This document shows positions 1 to 8,340 of a DNA stretch of 38,611 nucleotides, piece after piece. The first letter of the stretch is position 1; every line of letters begins with the position of its first letter. Made by a program: the position numbers and the translations under genes. The stretch is from a virus (taxonomy: Duplodnaviria; Caudoviricetes), in the IMG/VR virus record IMGVR_UViG_3300038321_000202, positions 1 through 38,611 of that record, one strand, 5' to 3'. Under the pieces are notes generated by a model that was not told where the DNA came from, did not search any database, and was given only the letters and a program-made list of their open reading frames with translations.

Positions 1-94
1 CTTCAAAATGATTTGCTCGCAACATTCATTTTATCAGAGTCCCCGGTGGTTTCCTATACCTACCTACAAATTGCAAACTTTATTGTACTCTATC
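1..94 (-). mobile_element. IS256-family insertion sequence, left end (partial)
   Basis: 68-94 (rc GATAGAGTACAATAAAGTTTGCAATTT) is an imperfect 27-bp inverted repeat of 38532-38558. It is flanked by GGGTCCGC (95-102), duplicated at 38524-38531. Inward-facing extended -10 TGATAAAAT at 28-36 (minus). Confidence 0.75.
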
Positions 95-348
95 GGGTCC
101 GCGCCCGGATGCTCTTTTTTATAGCGATCCTGATAGTATTTATCCAGGTTGTTATCCTGCCAGGTTTTCAAGGCCTTTTGCGTATGCTTATCCTTTTCGC
201 TGTCCAGCCATGCAACAGCGTCCCGATCCTTCCTGACAAAATTCTGTACCCGATCCAAGGTTAACGGGTTGAAACCTGCCACAAATTTTTGAACATCTTC
301 CTGATCCTTGTTTTTTGCCAGAAAATCCTGTACTTCCTGTAAAGTCAT
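95..348 (-). pseudogene. Capsid scaffold protein (DUF4355-like), N-terminal part, interrupted by IS
   Basis: ATG at 348 with GGGGG SD. MTLQEVQDFL...EHPGADP joins in frame through the duplicated 8 bp to KDSKISELE... at 38522, giving about 192 aa. Sits between minor head and major capsid genes. Confidence 0.85.
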
Positions 349-414
349 ACAATTACCCCCGTCTGCTCCCATGACGCTTTTACCCCATGGACGCAATTTT
401 TCATAAAAATTGAG

Positions 415-446
415 TATAAAAAAAGCGCCCGTTTCCGAGTGCCTTT
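415..446 (-). terminator. Intrinsic terminator-like hairpin
   Basis: Minus strand AAGGCACTCG-GAAA-CGGGCGCTTT (one mismatch) followed by a T run. Confidence 0.55.
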
Positions 447-476
447 ACACGCGTTTGTTTCTTTCTTTTTTTGTTT

Positions 477-508
477 ATTCCAATCTACACTCCCGCGCAA
501 GGAGCGAC
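477..508 (-). CRISPR. Solitary type I-C CRISPR-repeat-like unit (no array, no cas genes)
   Basis: Minus strand GTCGCTCCTTGCGCGGGAGTGTAGATTGGAAT: 32 nt, GTCGC start, 7-bp stem pairing positions 3-9 with 15-21, and an 11-nt tail resembling TGGATTGAAAT of I-C repeats. Confidence 0.75.
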
Positions 509-520
509 TTATCGTAGGGT

Positions 521-730
521 TTAAGGCTCTAAAGCAAGCAAATTACTTTGGGAAACCTCTATCAGCGATCCCGCCTTAAATTCGTCCTGGTCCTGCTCAA
601 CCCGGCACATATAGGATTCATAATCTTCTTCAAGCGGCTGAATGACACTGACTTTTACGAAACCAGAGGAACCCCAATTTAATTTTACTTTTATAGTTTT
701 CCCGATGCTTTTTCTTAATGCCTTAATCAT
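521..730 (-). CDS. Small protein, putative immunity protein of the MuF toxin
   Basis: 69 aa, overlaps the stop of the toxin-bearing muf gene. The function is inferred from position only. Confidence 0.55.
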   Translation of the reverse strand: MIKALRKSIGKTIKVKLNWGSSGFVKVSVIQPLEEDYESYMCRVEQDQDEFKAGSLIEVSQSNLLALEP

Positions 731-1997
731 TGCCGCTCATCTCCTTTACCGGATATACATGCGTACCCGAATTTGAATATACGATCATAGCCTTATGCGT
801 AGCAATCCATCCCCCGGTTTTTTGATCCTGGTATTGACCGATAACACGGTCTGCCGTTATCACTTCTTTCGGAGGCTGCGATGGTGACTGTATCACAATA
901 CGACCGGTTCCGTGGTATTTGTCTATCAACGACTGGGCGTCAACACTTAATTTACTGCGACCATTTACATACCTTCCCGATTGCGGGTCATGCCGTGCCT
1001 GTAAATCCTTGTTGACAGACAGATTATATCCCCCTGACATAATCTTATCCCGAAAATTAGATTCCAAAGTTATTATATCACTTTTATCGGCCGGGGAAAC
1101 AATTTTTCCACTACTTTTAATACCTTTTTCTTCTGCCCATTGATCATAGCTTTTATACCCGGTATTTTTGCCGGTTTCATTGTCCCGGCGCCGCTGCGGC
1201 TGCCAATTACCGGTCGGCACGTTGATATAGACACACCGACACTCGGGATGAATCGGGATTTCCGGTTTAGCGACATCGTCAATATCAAAATATTTCCCAT
1301 CCAGCCCAGCACATACAGCGCAAGTGTTGGATTCCAGCGTCGCGCAGAACATCTGCCGCACGCATCCGGCGGATTCCCCGATGTCGTCAATAGCCGCAGA
1401 CTGGATACGAGCGTTTTCCGTATGCACCAGCCGCTGGGATTCATATGCCTGCACGTTAAACGTCTGCCGGAGTTCCTGCCCAATCTGATCGATCGTAACG
1501 CCACCGTTTAAAGCATCCAGGAAGGATCCTTTCAGCCTATCAGCGACTGCGGCTTTATTATTCCATATCCGATTGGAAAACAGCTCTCCTTTAACCGGAC
1601 TATTTACAGCGGCGTCAATGTATTCCTGTTTCAACATTCCAAACTTAATTCCGGTTTTTAACCCGGAATCCAGAACATACGCCGTTTTATAATAGGCATC
1701 CTCATAGTTATGCGCTAAAATATTGGATATAGTCCTGATCTCTGCATCACCGATACTCTTCTGCGCCGATAAAATCTGCTTATCGACGTCGGAAAGAATT
1801 GCCGCTTTCTGCGCCGCGGAAACATGCAGCATCCCATCAACCGCGTGCTTCACGTACAGCAGCCCAAGATATTGATGCAGCCCGGTCAGACGGCTCTTTT
1901 GTTCACTGTAAACGATCTGCATTTGCCGATCCGCATACTTTTCACCGTCCTGCTTAATCTTCAAAATCAATTTTTGATATTCCGGATTGATTTTCAT
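723..1997 (-). CDS. Minor head protein (MuF/SPP1 gp7-like) with C-terminal Ntox50-like toxin domain
   Basis: TCAVC...PIHPECRC MuF motif. C-terminal QARH...GRSKL...LIDKYHGTG...KEVI...IVYSNSGTHVYP matches the Ntox50 pattern. Follows the portal. Confidence 0.85.
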   Translation of the reverse strand: MKINPEYQKLILKIKQDGEKYADRQMQIVYSEQKSRLTGLHQYLGLLYVKHAVDGMLHVSAAQKAAILSDVDKQILSAQKSIGDAEIRTISNILAHNYEDAYYKTAYVLDSGLKTGIKFGMLKQEYIDAAVNSPVKGELFSNRIWNNKAAVADRLKGSFLDALNGGVTIDQIGQELRQTFNVQAYESQRLVHTENARIQSAAIDDIGESAGCVRQMFCATLESNTCAVCAGLDGKYFDIDDVAKPEIPIHPECRCVYINVPTGNWQPQRRRDNETGKNTGYKSYDQWAEEKGIKSSGKIVSPADKSDIITLESNFRDKIMSGGYNLSVNKDLQARHDPQSGRYVNGRSKLSVDAQSLIDKYHGTGRIVIQSPSQPPKEVITADRVIGQYQDQKTGGWIATHKAMIVYSNSGTHVYPVKEMSGND

Positions 1998-3331
1998 GCG
2001 GTGTCACCGCCCCCGGCAGGCGGCGGAGTACCGCCAGCGCCGTTAAGCAGTCCGCTGCCAATGGAATTCGCCTTGTTTTCGTCTTTCAGCTGCTTTAGTT
2101 CATTCTCCGGGTTATCCACAAACGACAGTTGCGCAAGTGCGGTCTTTGTAGACAGCTTCCCGTTCAGCTGCGATATAATCTGTGCCGCCATCAGGTCGTC
2201 GGTCGGAATGCACGGAGTGAATTTAATATCAATATCCCGCCAATCGTATTCGCTGCCCTGCTTTTTGTATAAGAACTCAAACAGCAGGCGCAGCCGTGTT
2301 TTAACGCAGTTCGTCATAGCTTCGGTGTTCGTAACACACCGCTGTTCCAGCCCGATCAGCCGGTTACGGAGCGCAAGCGACGAGGTATTTGACACCATCT
2401 TTTCGTTGTTGTTGATATGGCTGGTAAGCTGATAGATTTTATCTTCCAAAGACGCAAGCGTATTCTGGATAAAGCTGTCGTTGATATTCTTTACCAGCCA
2501 CTCGGCTTTCCCATTTTCCGGAACAGTAAGGATCCCGTTTTCCTTCATCCGATCAGCCACAGTTTTCCCATCCGGGTCTTTTTTATCATCCAGCTTGCAC
2601 CCGATCAATTCAAGGTAGGCATTACGAAAGTCCGAAATTTCATTGACTATATCAGACAGGTTCGTTTCATACCCGTCCTGCAGACCCTTGATGATCCAGT
2701 AGATCGTTTCGGTAATCATGCCGGTATCCACAATACCAACCGGCACCTCGTCAAACACATTCCGGTCCAGCGGCTGTCCGTTGATCGGCAGGAAAGCGCT
2801 GCCGGATACCGTAAAATGCCCAATGTCACCATCAGCGCAATACACATCCGCATAGGTTGTTTTTGTATCGTCAAACTTTTTCCGAAAAAACCGGAAAAAA
2901 GCAATAACATTGTCGTCCTCATCCCTATAGACATAAGAATTCAGGGGGGTGCAAATCCGCGCCAGGAAATTCCCGGCGCCGTCGATATAATACAACTCAT
3001 AGGCTTCCGAAAACACGAGCGCGTTTTTGCATAACTCGCGATTATGCTTATCATCCCAGCTCTTTAACGCCAGACGAATATCTTCCGTAACCGTTTTATT
3101 TCCGTTGTGGCTGACATAAGTGATTTTATTCCCACAGACATAGGCGGCTTCTTCCTTGACAAATTTCTGCACATAATTGCAGCGCACTTTATTGTTCGCC
3201 CGGGCGGTAATCATCTTGTAATTTGCCATGGCATCCGTATCGCCGTTATAATACCGCAGCATCTTTTCGTAGCCGGCATGATGAGCATCATAATCTTCTT
3301 TACATTTTGCCAAAAGCATACTGCTAAGCAT
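1994..3331 (-). CDS. Portal protein, SPP1 gp6-like
   Basis: 445 aa after terL; YYNG...NNKV.CNY, EWLVKNIND, SSLALR, LSTKTALAQL motifs. Confidence 0.9.
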   Translation of the reverse strand: MLSSMLLAKCKEDYDAHHAGYEKMLRYYNGDTDAMANYKMITARANNKVRCNYVQKFVKEEAAYVCGNKITYVSHNGNKTVTEDIRLALKSWDDKHNRELCKNALVFSEAYELYYIDGAGNFLARICTPLNSYVYRDEDDNVIAFFRFFRKKFDDTKTTYADVYCADGDIGHFTVSGSAFLPINGQPLDRNVFDEVPVGIVDTGMITETIYWIIKGLQDGYETNLSDIVNEISDFRNAYLELIGCKLDDKKDPDGKTVADRMKENGILTVPENGKAEWLVKNINDSFIQNTLASLEDKIYQLTSHINNNEKMVSNTSSLALRNRLIGLEQRCVTNTEAMTNCVKTRLRLLFEFLYKKQGSEYDWRDIDIKFTPCIPTDDLMAAQIISQLNGKLSTKTALAQLSFVDNPENELKQLKDENKANSIGSGLLNGAGGTPPPAGGGDTA

Positions 3332-3343
3332 TTTCCCACCCCC

Positions 3344-5056
3344 TTAAAACAACAGCCGGCGCGGATAAAATCCAACAGCCGGCAGGACCGGCTGTATCTG
3401 CCCGATCCGGGTATCAAATTCCGCGACAATATCCGGGAAGTCGTCATGCAGGCTCTGCGCCCCCTGATAATCGGCTAGCTGTTGCAGCGCTTCCGTATCC
3501 GCCGCGTTAAAAATCAACCGCCCCATCAGGACATCGCCGGTAATCGCGTCGATTTTATCCACTTTATTCTTTTTCTGCATATCATTCTGAAAAATAAACG
3601 GGCGGCTGCATAGCTGGGGATCCCGCTGAATCCACTCTTTCAGCCGCAGCACGTCCGTGCCCATATACAAGTTTTTTTCGATATAGATATGCGTTATCTC
3701 ATCGTACCGCTTTAACAGGGCCACCGCATGAGCGATATAAGCGTCAAAATTCAGACGGCTTATTTCACCCTTCCGGACGTATTTCACGCCCGTAGGGCCG
3801 CGAGAGCCAACGAGAAACGCGGTATAGTCGTTTTCTTTTCCGGTTGAACTCGCCGGGTCAATACAAAGCATCGTCTGCTGGAAGTCGTGCGCCTCTATAA
3901 CCTTCGGTGGTTCCGTGATAATTGTAGTGAACCGCCGCATCCCGATATGATCCACGTCACACTGCATTTCCTGCTTGAAAGATACGGGATTAGAATAATA
4001 CGAAAGCGCCACGTCCAGGCAGTTAAACCATTGCGACCACTGCAGCGGATACTGCATCTCATTTTCATGGTCGTAATAATATCCGCGTGCGGTTTCCAGC
4101 CTGTCCGGATCCTTCGCATCATAAATCCGTTTCTTAAACTCCCCCCAGCGGCCGGAATCAAATAGCCGGTCCACGTCCTTTACGGGTATCGCGATCGTCA
4201 CACTGTGCGGCCAGGTAGGATCATGCAGCAGCCGGTCATAAAAATCATCCTTGTGCTGAATCGTCCCACAGGCGATCATCACGCAGGAATTCTGCTGGAC
4301 GGATTTCATCACGTCGTCCTGGAAGCGTTTCCACTTCTTATCCCGTTGTTCCGGCGTTGCCACGTCGTCGTCTTTCTGATAATCGTCCAAAATAACCAAT
4401 TCGGGGCGAACGTTCGCAAAATTCTTGCCGCGGAAAACCGACGCAGACGAAATGCTTTGAATCCGTACGGAATTCGCGAGATCGATAATCTCGTTATTAC
4501 AGGTATAATGCTGCGGATCATACAGTTTTCCAAATGCCTTTTCAATCCGGGCGTTTTCTTTCAGAGCGAGCTTAATATTATTGACGAAGGCGTCCGCCGT
4601 GTCCCCTACGGCGCTGCACAGGATAATATACCGCTTTTGCCCATACACAGCGGCCCAAATCGCGGACGACTGCGAAATAAAAGTGGTCTTGCCCCACCCG
4701 CGGTATTTAATATACAGCATCCGGCCCGGCTTTCCACTGCTGATAAGACTTTGGAGTTGCATCCAGGCGGTTTTATGGTCCGCGGAGATTTCCGCTTTCC
4801 CCGGCCCGATAAAAACATTCTGCAAAAAATACAAATTAAAAAATTCCAGGTCCAACCGGCCCAGGCTCCACGCCAATCCGTGATACCCGAACAGGTTCTT
4901 GCTGTTCTGGGTAATCATGTGCTCCGCGGCGGCCGCGGCGTCTTCCGGGGATGCCCCGTTTAGCCGGCAGCCGCGCAGCAAATACTTGTACAGCAAATAG
5001 CTGTTGAATTCATCGTCGCTGTCAAAGTCGATCCCGTCATACCGCACAAGCATCAC
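3344..5056 (-). CDS. terL: Terminase large subunit
   Basis: Walker A RGWGKTT, Walker B VILDD, GT coupling motif, C-terminal nuclease IDPA...HDDFPD. Confidence 0.92.
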   Translation of the reverse strand: MMLVRYDGIDFDSDDEFNSYLLYKYLLRGCRLNGASPEDAAAAAEHMITQNSKNLFGYHGLAWSLGRLDLEFFNLYFLQNVFIGPGKAEISADHKTAWMQLQSLISSGKPGRMLYIKYRGWGKTTFISQSSAIWAAVYGQKRYIILCSAVGDTADAFVNNIKLALKENARIEKAFGKLYDPQHYTCNNEIIDLANSVRIQSISSASVFRGKNFANVRPELVILDDYQKDDDVATPEQRDKKWKRFQDDVMKSVQQNSCVMIACGTIQHKDDFYDRLLHDPTWPHSVTIAIPVKDVDRLFDSGRWGEFKKRIYDAKDPDRLETARGYYYDHENEMQYPLQWSQWFNCLDVALSYYSNPVSFKQEMQCDVDHIGMRRFTTIITEPPKVIEAHDFQQTMLCIDPASSTGKENDYTAFLVGSRGPTGVKYVRKGEISRLNFDAYIAHAVALLKRYDEITHIYIEKNLYMGTDVLRLKEWIQRDPQLCSRPFIFQNDMQKKNKVDKIDAITGDVLMGRLIFNAADTEALQQLADYQGAQSLHDDFPDIVAEFDTRIGQIQPVLPAVGFYPRRLLF

Positions 5057-5205
5057 CCCGGTTCCAAATCCGCAGTCTAGAAAAATTGAAAAAAATTTAT
5101 AGTATCAAATCCACGGCTCCGGCCGGACGCCTGGTTAGAATGCCACGGGTCCGACGACCAGAAGCAAACGAACCCGCGGCCGTTTTATTTTCCGCTGCCG
5201 CATAC

Positions 5206-5402
5206 TATGCAGCTTTTATAATTATACAAAATACGCATTTTGTAGAATTGCGTTCGTCATTTTGACGAACGCACAAATGCCTTTGCTATGAGATATACTA
5301 TGTCATGCCATCCTAAATTCCTCTTTTCGTTGTGCATATTGCACAACGCTATTATAATTATGCAATGCATAAATGCTGTGATATTCAGACAAAAGCTGCA
5401 TA
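5206..5402. repeat. Nested inverted repeats in the terS-terL gap
   Basis: 12-bp IR 5206-5217/5391-5402; 11-bp hairpin 5249-5273; 9-bp hairpin 5328-5348. Confidence 0.8.
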
Positions 5403-5403
5403 A

Positions 5404-5817
5404 CTATTCCTTTCCCACACCCGCACGAAACTTCTTGAATTCCAACTGCAGCTGTTCCGGTGACTGAGTAACAACTACCTTATCACCCTCGGCCGTCCTC
5501 TCAACCTGTGCGGATGAGGGGACACCACAAACCCGATTCACCAGGTATTGCAGGCAGTCAGCACGTACCTTCTCCGAGCGCCCCTCAAAGGCCAGCCGTT
5601 CCAACTCCCCGATATAATCGCCCAGCCGGGCAGTAATTTTGTGCTGCCCCGTGGTCTTAATCTCCTGCGACCGCCTGTCAATCTCAGCCTTAAATTCTAC
5701 ATCGGATAGCCAGGTATAAATACAGTTCCGTGATACCCCCGCGTATTTTGCGACATCCGTAATTCTGTCGCCCATGATCAGCCGTTCAATCGCACGCTCT
5801 TTTCGCTCGTCAATCAT
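5404..5817 (-). CDS. HTH protein, putative terminase small subunit (phBC6A51-like)
   Basis: N-terminal HTH ITDVAKYAGVSRNCIYTW; first late gene, upstream of terL. Confidence 0.75.
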   Translation of the reverse strand: MIDERKERAIERLIMGDRITDVAKYAGVSRNCIYTWLSDVEFKAEIDRRSQEIKTTGQHKITARLGDYIGELERLAFEGRSEKVRADCLQYLVNRVCGVPSSAQVERTAEGDKVVVTQSPEQLQLEFKKFRAGVGKE

Positions 5818-5904
5818 CCGTCCTATCTCCCCCCGGGATAAAAAACAAATCGTTTACAGAATTACAAAGAGGGCAGGCGCTTTTGCCTGTCCTCCTAAAG
5901 TTCC

Positions 5905-5946
5905 ATGATATATAATACCACACACAAAGTATCAATTACTATCAAC
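5905..5946 (-). promoter_or_regulatory. Putative activator-dependent late promoter
   Basis: Minus strand TTGATAGTAA-TTGATACT direct repeat at the end of the activator gene, then extended -10 TGGTATTAT. Confidence 0.5.
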
Positions 5947-6373
5947 TGCCCAAAACTTTTTTCGGAATCTTTTGCAGCGCCCGTCCATGCAATTCACAGA
6001 CCCACTGATAGGACTTATCCAGTTTCACCGCAATCTTTTCCCATGTCAACCCGTCTATGTACCGCATCCGTAGCAGCGTTTGCAGCGTAATATCCGGAAT
6101 ATTTTTAATAGCCCCTTCGATTTCCGTTTGAATCCCCACAAGCCGATCGATTTTAGTATTAATCATGAACTCGATCTCCACAATCTTTTCAACGGCATCC
6201 TGTATCCGGTCACTGCTCTCATTGCCGCCCGGCACCGACGAAATCGTCGGCGTTATTTTTTCGGCCCTGCTATGCCACCGGGAAAGCTCCTCACAATCCC
6301 GGTTAATCTCGCAGTCCAGCTTTTTATACCGGTTCAGCCAATCAATTTTAGCCTGATTTTCAGGTGTTGCCAT
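5942..6373 (-). CDS. Late transcriptional activator (ArpU/RinA/DUF1492-like, sigma region 4 HTH)
   Basis: LLRMRYIDGLTWEKIAVKLDKSYQWVCELHGRAL; last early gene before terS. Confidence 0.85.
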   Translation of the reverse strand: MATPENQAKIDWLNRYKKLDCEINRDCEELSRWHSRAEKITPTISSVPGGNESSDRIQDAVEKIVEIEFMINTKIDRLVGIQTEIEGAIKNIPDITLQTLLRMRYIDGLTWEKIAVKLDKSYQWVCELHGRALQKIPKKVLGS

Positions 6374-6677
6374 AAATCCCATCCCTTTCCTTCATTGGCT
6401 CCGGCGTTTCCAATGCGATTAAAAAGGCCACATTGCACGCTAAATGCCATAAATGCGGATAACCGCTTTCTTCATCCACACCGCCGGGATCGCGCAAATA
6501 CCGGCACAAATGCCGCATCATAGCCGCTCGGTAGCGCGCCGGTGATACCTGCCGCCAGTTATCCGGATCATGGTACTTCCGCGTGCCGTAATCCCGAATA
6601 ATCCCCACGGCTTCGATCAGCGCCGGCGGAACTAAATCCAGCCTGATTTTATGGGCATCGTCTTTTGCAACAGCCAT
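6360..6677 (-). CDS. DUF5664 / dATP-dGTP diphosphohydrolase-like protein
   Basis: KDD..K..LDLVP...YGTRKY..DNW...RY..AMMRH...DEESGYPHLWH.ACN pattern. Confidence 0.8.
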   Translation of the reverse strand: MAVAKDDAHKIRLDLVPPALIEAVGIIRDYGTRKYHDPDNWRQVSPARYRAAMMRHLCRYLRDPGGVDEESGYPHLWHLACNVAFLIALETPEPMKERDGIYGNT

Positions 6678-6683
6678 TTCGTA

Positions 6684-8057
6684 TTATTCTCCCTTCGCCC
6701 TACAAATTCTTACCTTCAACAGTTGCAGTAACGTATCCTGCGCGTGTGCTTTATCCCGCAAAGCCGCAATCACGTCTTCATCGACCCCGCCCTTTACGAT
6801 CAGCTGATGAATGACAACCGGTTCCTTCTGGCCCGGACGATGAAGCCTCTCGTTTGCCTGTTGATATAATTCAAGGCTCCACGGCAGACCGAACCAGACA
6901 ACGTGGTGCCCGCCCTGCTGCAGATTCAGCCCATAGGCACAACTCATTGGGTGGGCCAATAAAACATCAATCCGCCCAACGTTCCAGTCATGTTCGTCCT
7001 GCGCCCCATGAAACACACGGACCCGCAGCGGCGTTCGGGACAGCAATTTCAAAATGCGGTCACGATCATGCTGAAAATTATAAAAAACAAGCGCATGCTG
7101 CCCGTTTAGGGCCTCTATCAATTCCGCAAGAGCTTCCAGCTTGCACCTGTGGACTTCCACGACCCGGTGATGATCATCATAGACGGCGCCGTTGCACAGC
7201 TGCAGCAGTTTATTCGCCAGGACCCCGGCGCTGCCCGCGTCAATCAGATGCTCGTCCACCTGCAGCAGCGCTTCTTTTTCCAGCTTGCGGTAAACCCGCG
7301 CCGCGGTCGGCGTAAGGACAACCGGGAAGGGATCCGGTATTTCCGGCGGCAGCGTTAATCCATCGTTGGCCCCCAGGCTGATGCAAATATCCGACAACAA
7401 GCTTTTGATGGACCGCTCCGCACCCTGCTTCGGCTTATATGTAAAAATCTGTGTGGCGCACCGCTTGTCCGGATCAAAATACCGTTCCCGGAATTGGCCA
7501 ATCGACTTCCCCAAACGCTGACCGCCGTCCAGCAAAAACACCTGCGGCCATAAATCCAACAGACTATGCGACGCCGGGGTCCCAGTCAGCTCGACGATCC
7601 TTCGGACATGCCCCCGAATCGACTTCAAGGCCTTCCACCGCTGGGCCTTGTTGCTCTTAAAGCTGCTCGCTTCGTCCACCACCACCATGTCGAAGGGCCA
7701 GTCATTCCGGTAAAGGTCCACCAGCCACGTAACATTATCGCGATTGATAATATAAATATCCGCCGGCGTATTTAAGGCCCTGATCCGCTGCGCCTGGCTG
7801 CCCAGTACCGTCGAGAATTTCAGCCGCCGGGTATGGTCCCATTTCAGCGCCTCATCCTGCCAAGTCGCTTCCGCTACTTTTTTTGGCGCGATGATCAGCA
7901 CCTTGTACACGGCAAAGCGGTTATACCGCAGCTCGTGGATGGCGGAAAGAGTGATGATGGTTTTACCCCTCCCCATCCGCAGCCACAACGCCAACGCTGG
8001 CTTGTCCAGTATCTGCTGACAGCAAAACCGCTGATACGGACGCGGGTTATACTGCAT
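6684..8057 (-). CDS. SNF2-like DEAD/H helicase
   Basis: MGRGKT, VVDEAS, LTGTP, GLNLQ, QANERLHRPGQ motifs. Confidence 0.92.
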   Translation of the reverse strand: MQYNPRPYQRFCCQQILDKPALALWLRMGRGKTIITLSAIHELRYNRFAVYKVLIIAPKKVAEATWQDEALKWDHTRRLKFSTVLGSQAQRIRALNTPADIYIINRDNVTWLVDLYRNDWPFDMVVVDEASSFKSNKAQRWKALKSIRGHVRRIVELTGTPASHSLLDLWPQVFLLDGGQRLGKSIGQFRERYFDPDKRCATQIFTYKPKQGAERSIKSLLSDICISLGANDGLTLPPEIPDPFPVVLTPTAARVYRKLEKEALLQVDEHLIDAGSAGVLANKLLQLCNGAVYDDHHRVVEVHRCKLEALAELIEALNGQHALVFYNFQHDRDRILKLLSRTPLRVRVFHGAQDEHDWNVGRIDVLLAHPMSCAYGLNLQQGGHHVVWFGLPWSLELYQQANERLHRPGQKEPVVIHQLIVKGGVDEDVIAALRDKAHAQDTLLQLLKVRICRAKGE

Positions 8058-8340
8058 CGGATTTCACCCCCAGACTGGACAGGAACTTATCGGCGGCAGC
8101 CCTACTGTCAATCACGCATACCCGAAATCCTAATTTCCGTAATTCTGCCTGCGCGGCGATCTGCAGGGGCCGCGGCTTTTTCCCGGGCGCTTTCAACTCT
8201 GCAAATACCGCCCGCCCCCCGGGTAAACATATCAGCCGGTCAGGCACACCTGCATTCCCAGGTGAAACGAATTTATACGCCCGGCCCCCCAGCCGCTTCA
8301 CACGTTCCGCCAAATATTTTTCAATCGTGCTTTCCCGCAT
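8047..8340 (-). CDS. VRR-NUC nuclease
   Basis: E..IE...KFVSPGNAGVPDR...FAELKAPG..PRPLQ. Confidence 0.92.
   Translation of the reverse strand: MRESTIEKYLAERVKRLGGRAYKFVSPGNAGVPDRLICLPGGRAVFAELKAPGKKPRPLQIAAQAELRKLGFRVCVIDSRAAADKFLSSLGVKSDAV

Noticed and set aside
415-520. True CRISPR array or mini-array
   Set aside because: Only one convincing repeat; no second repeat at spacer distance, no leader and no cas genes.
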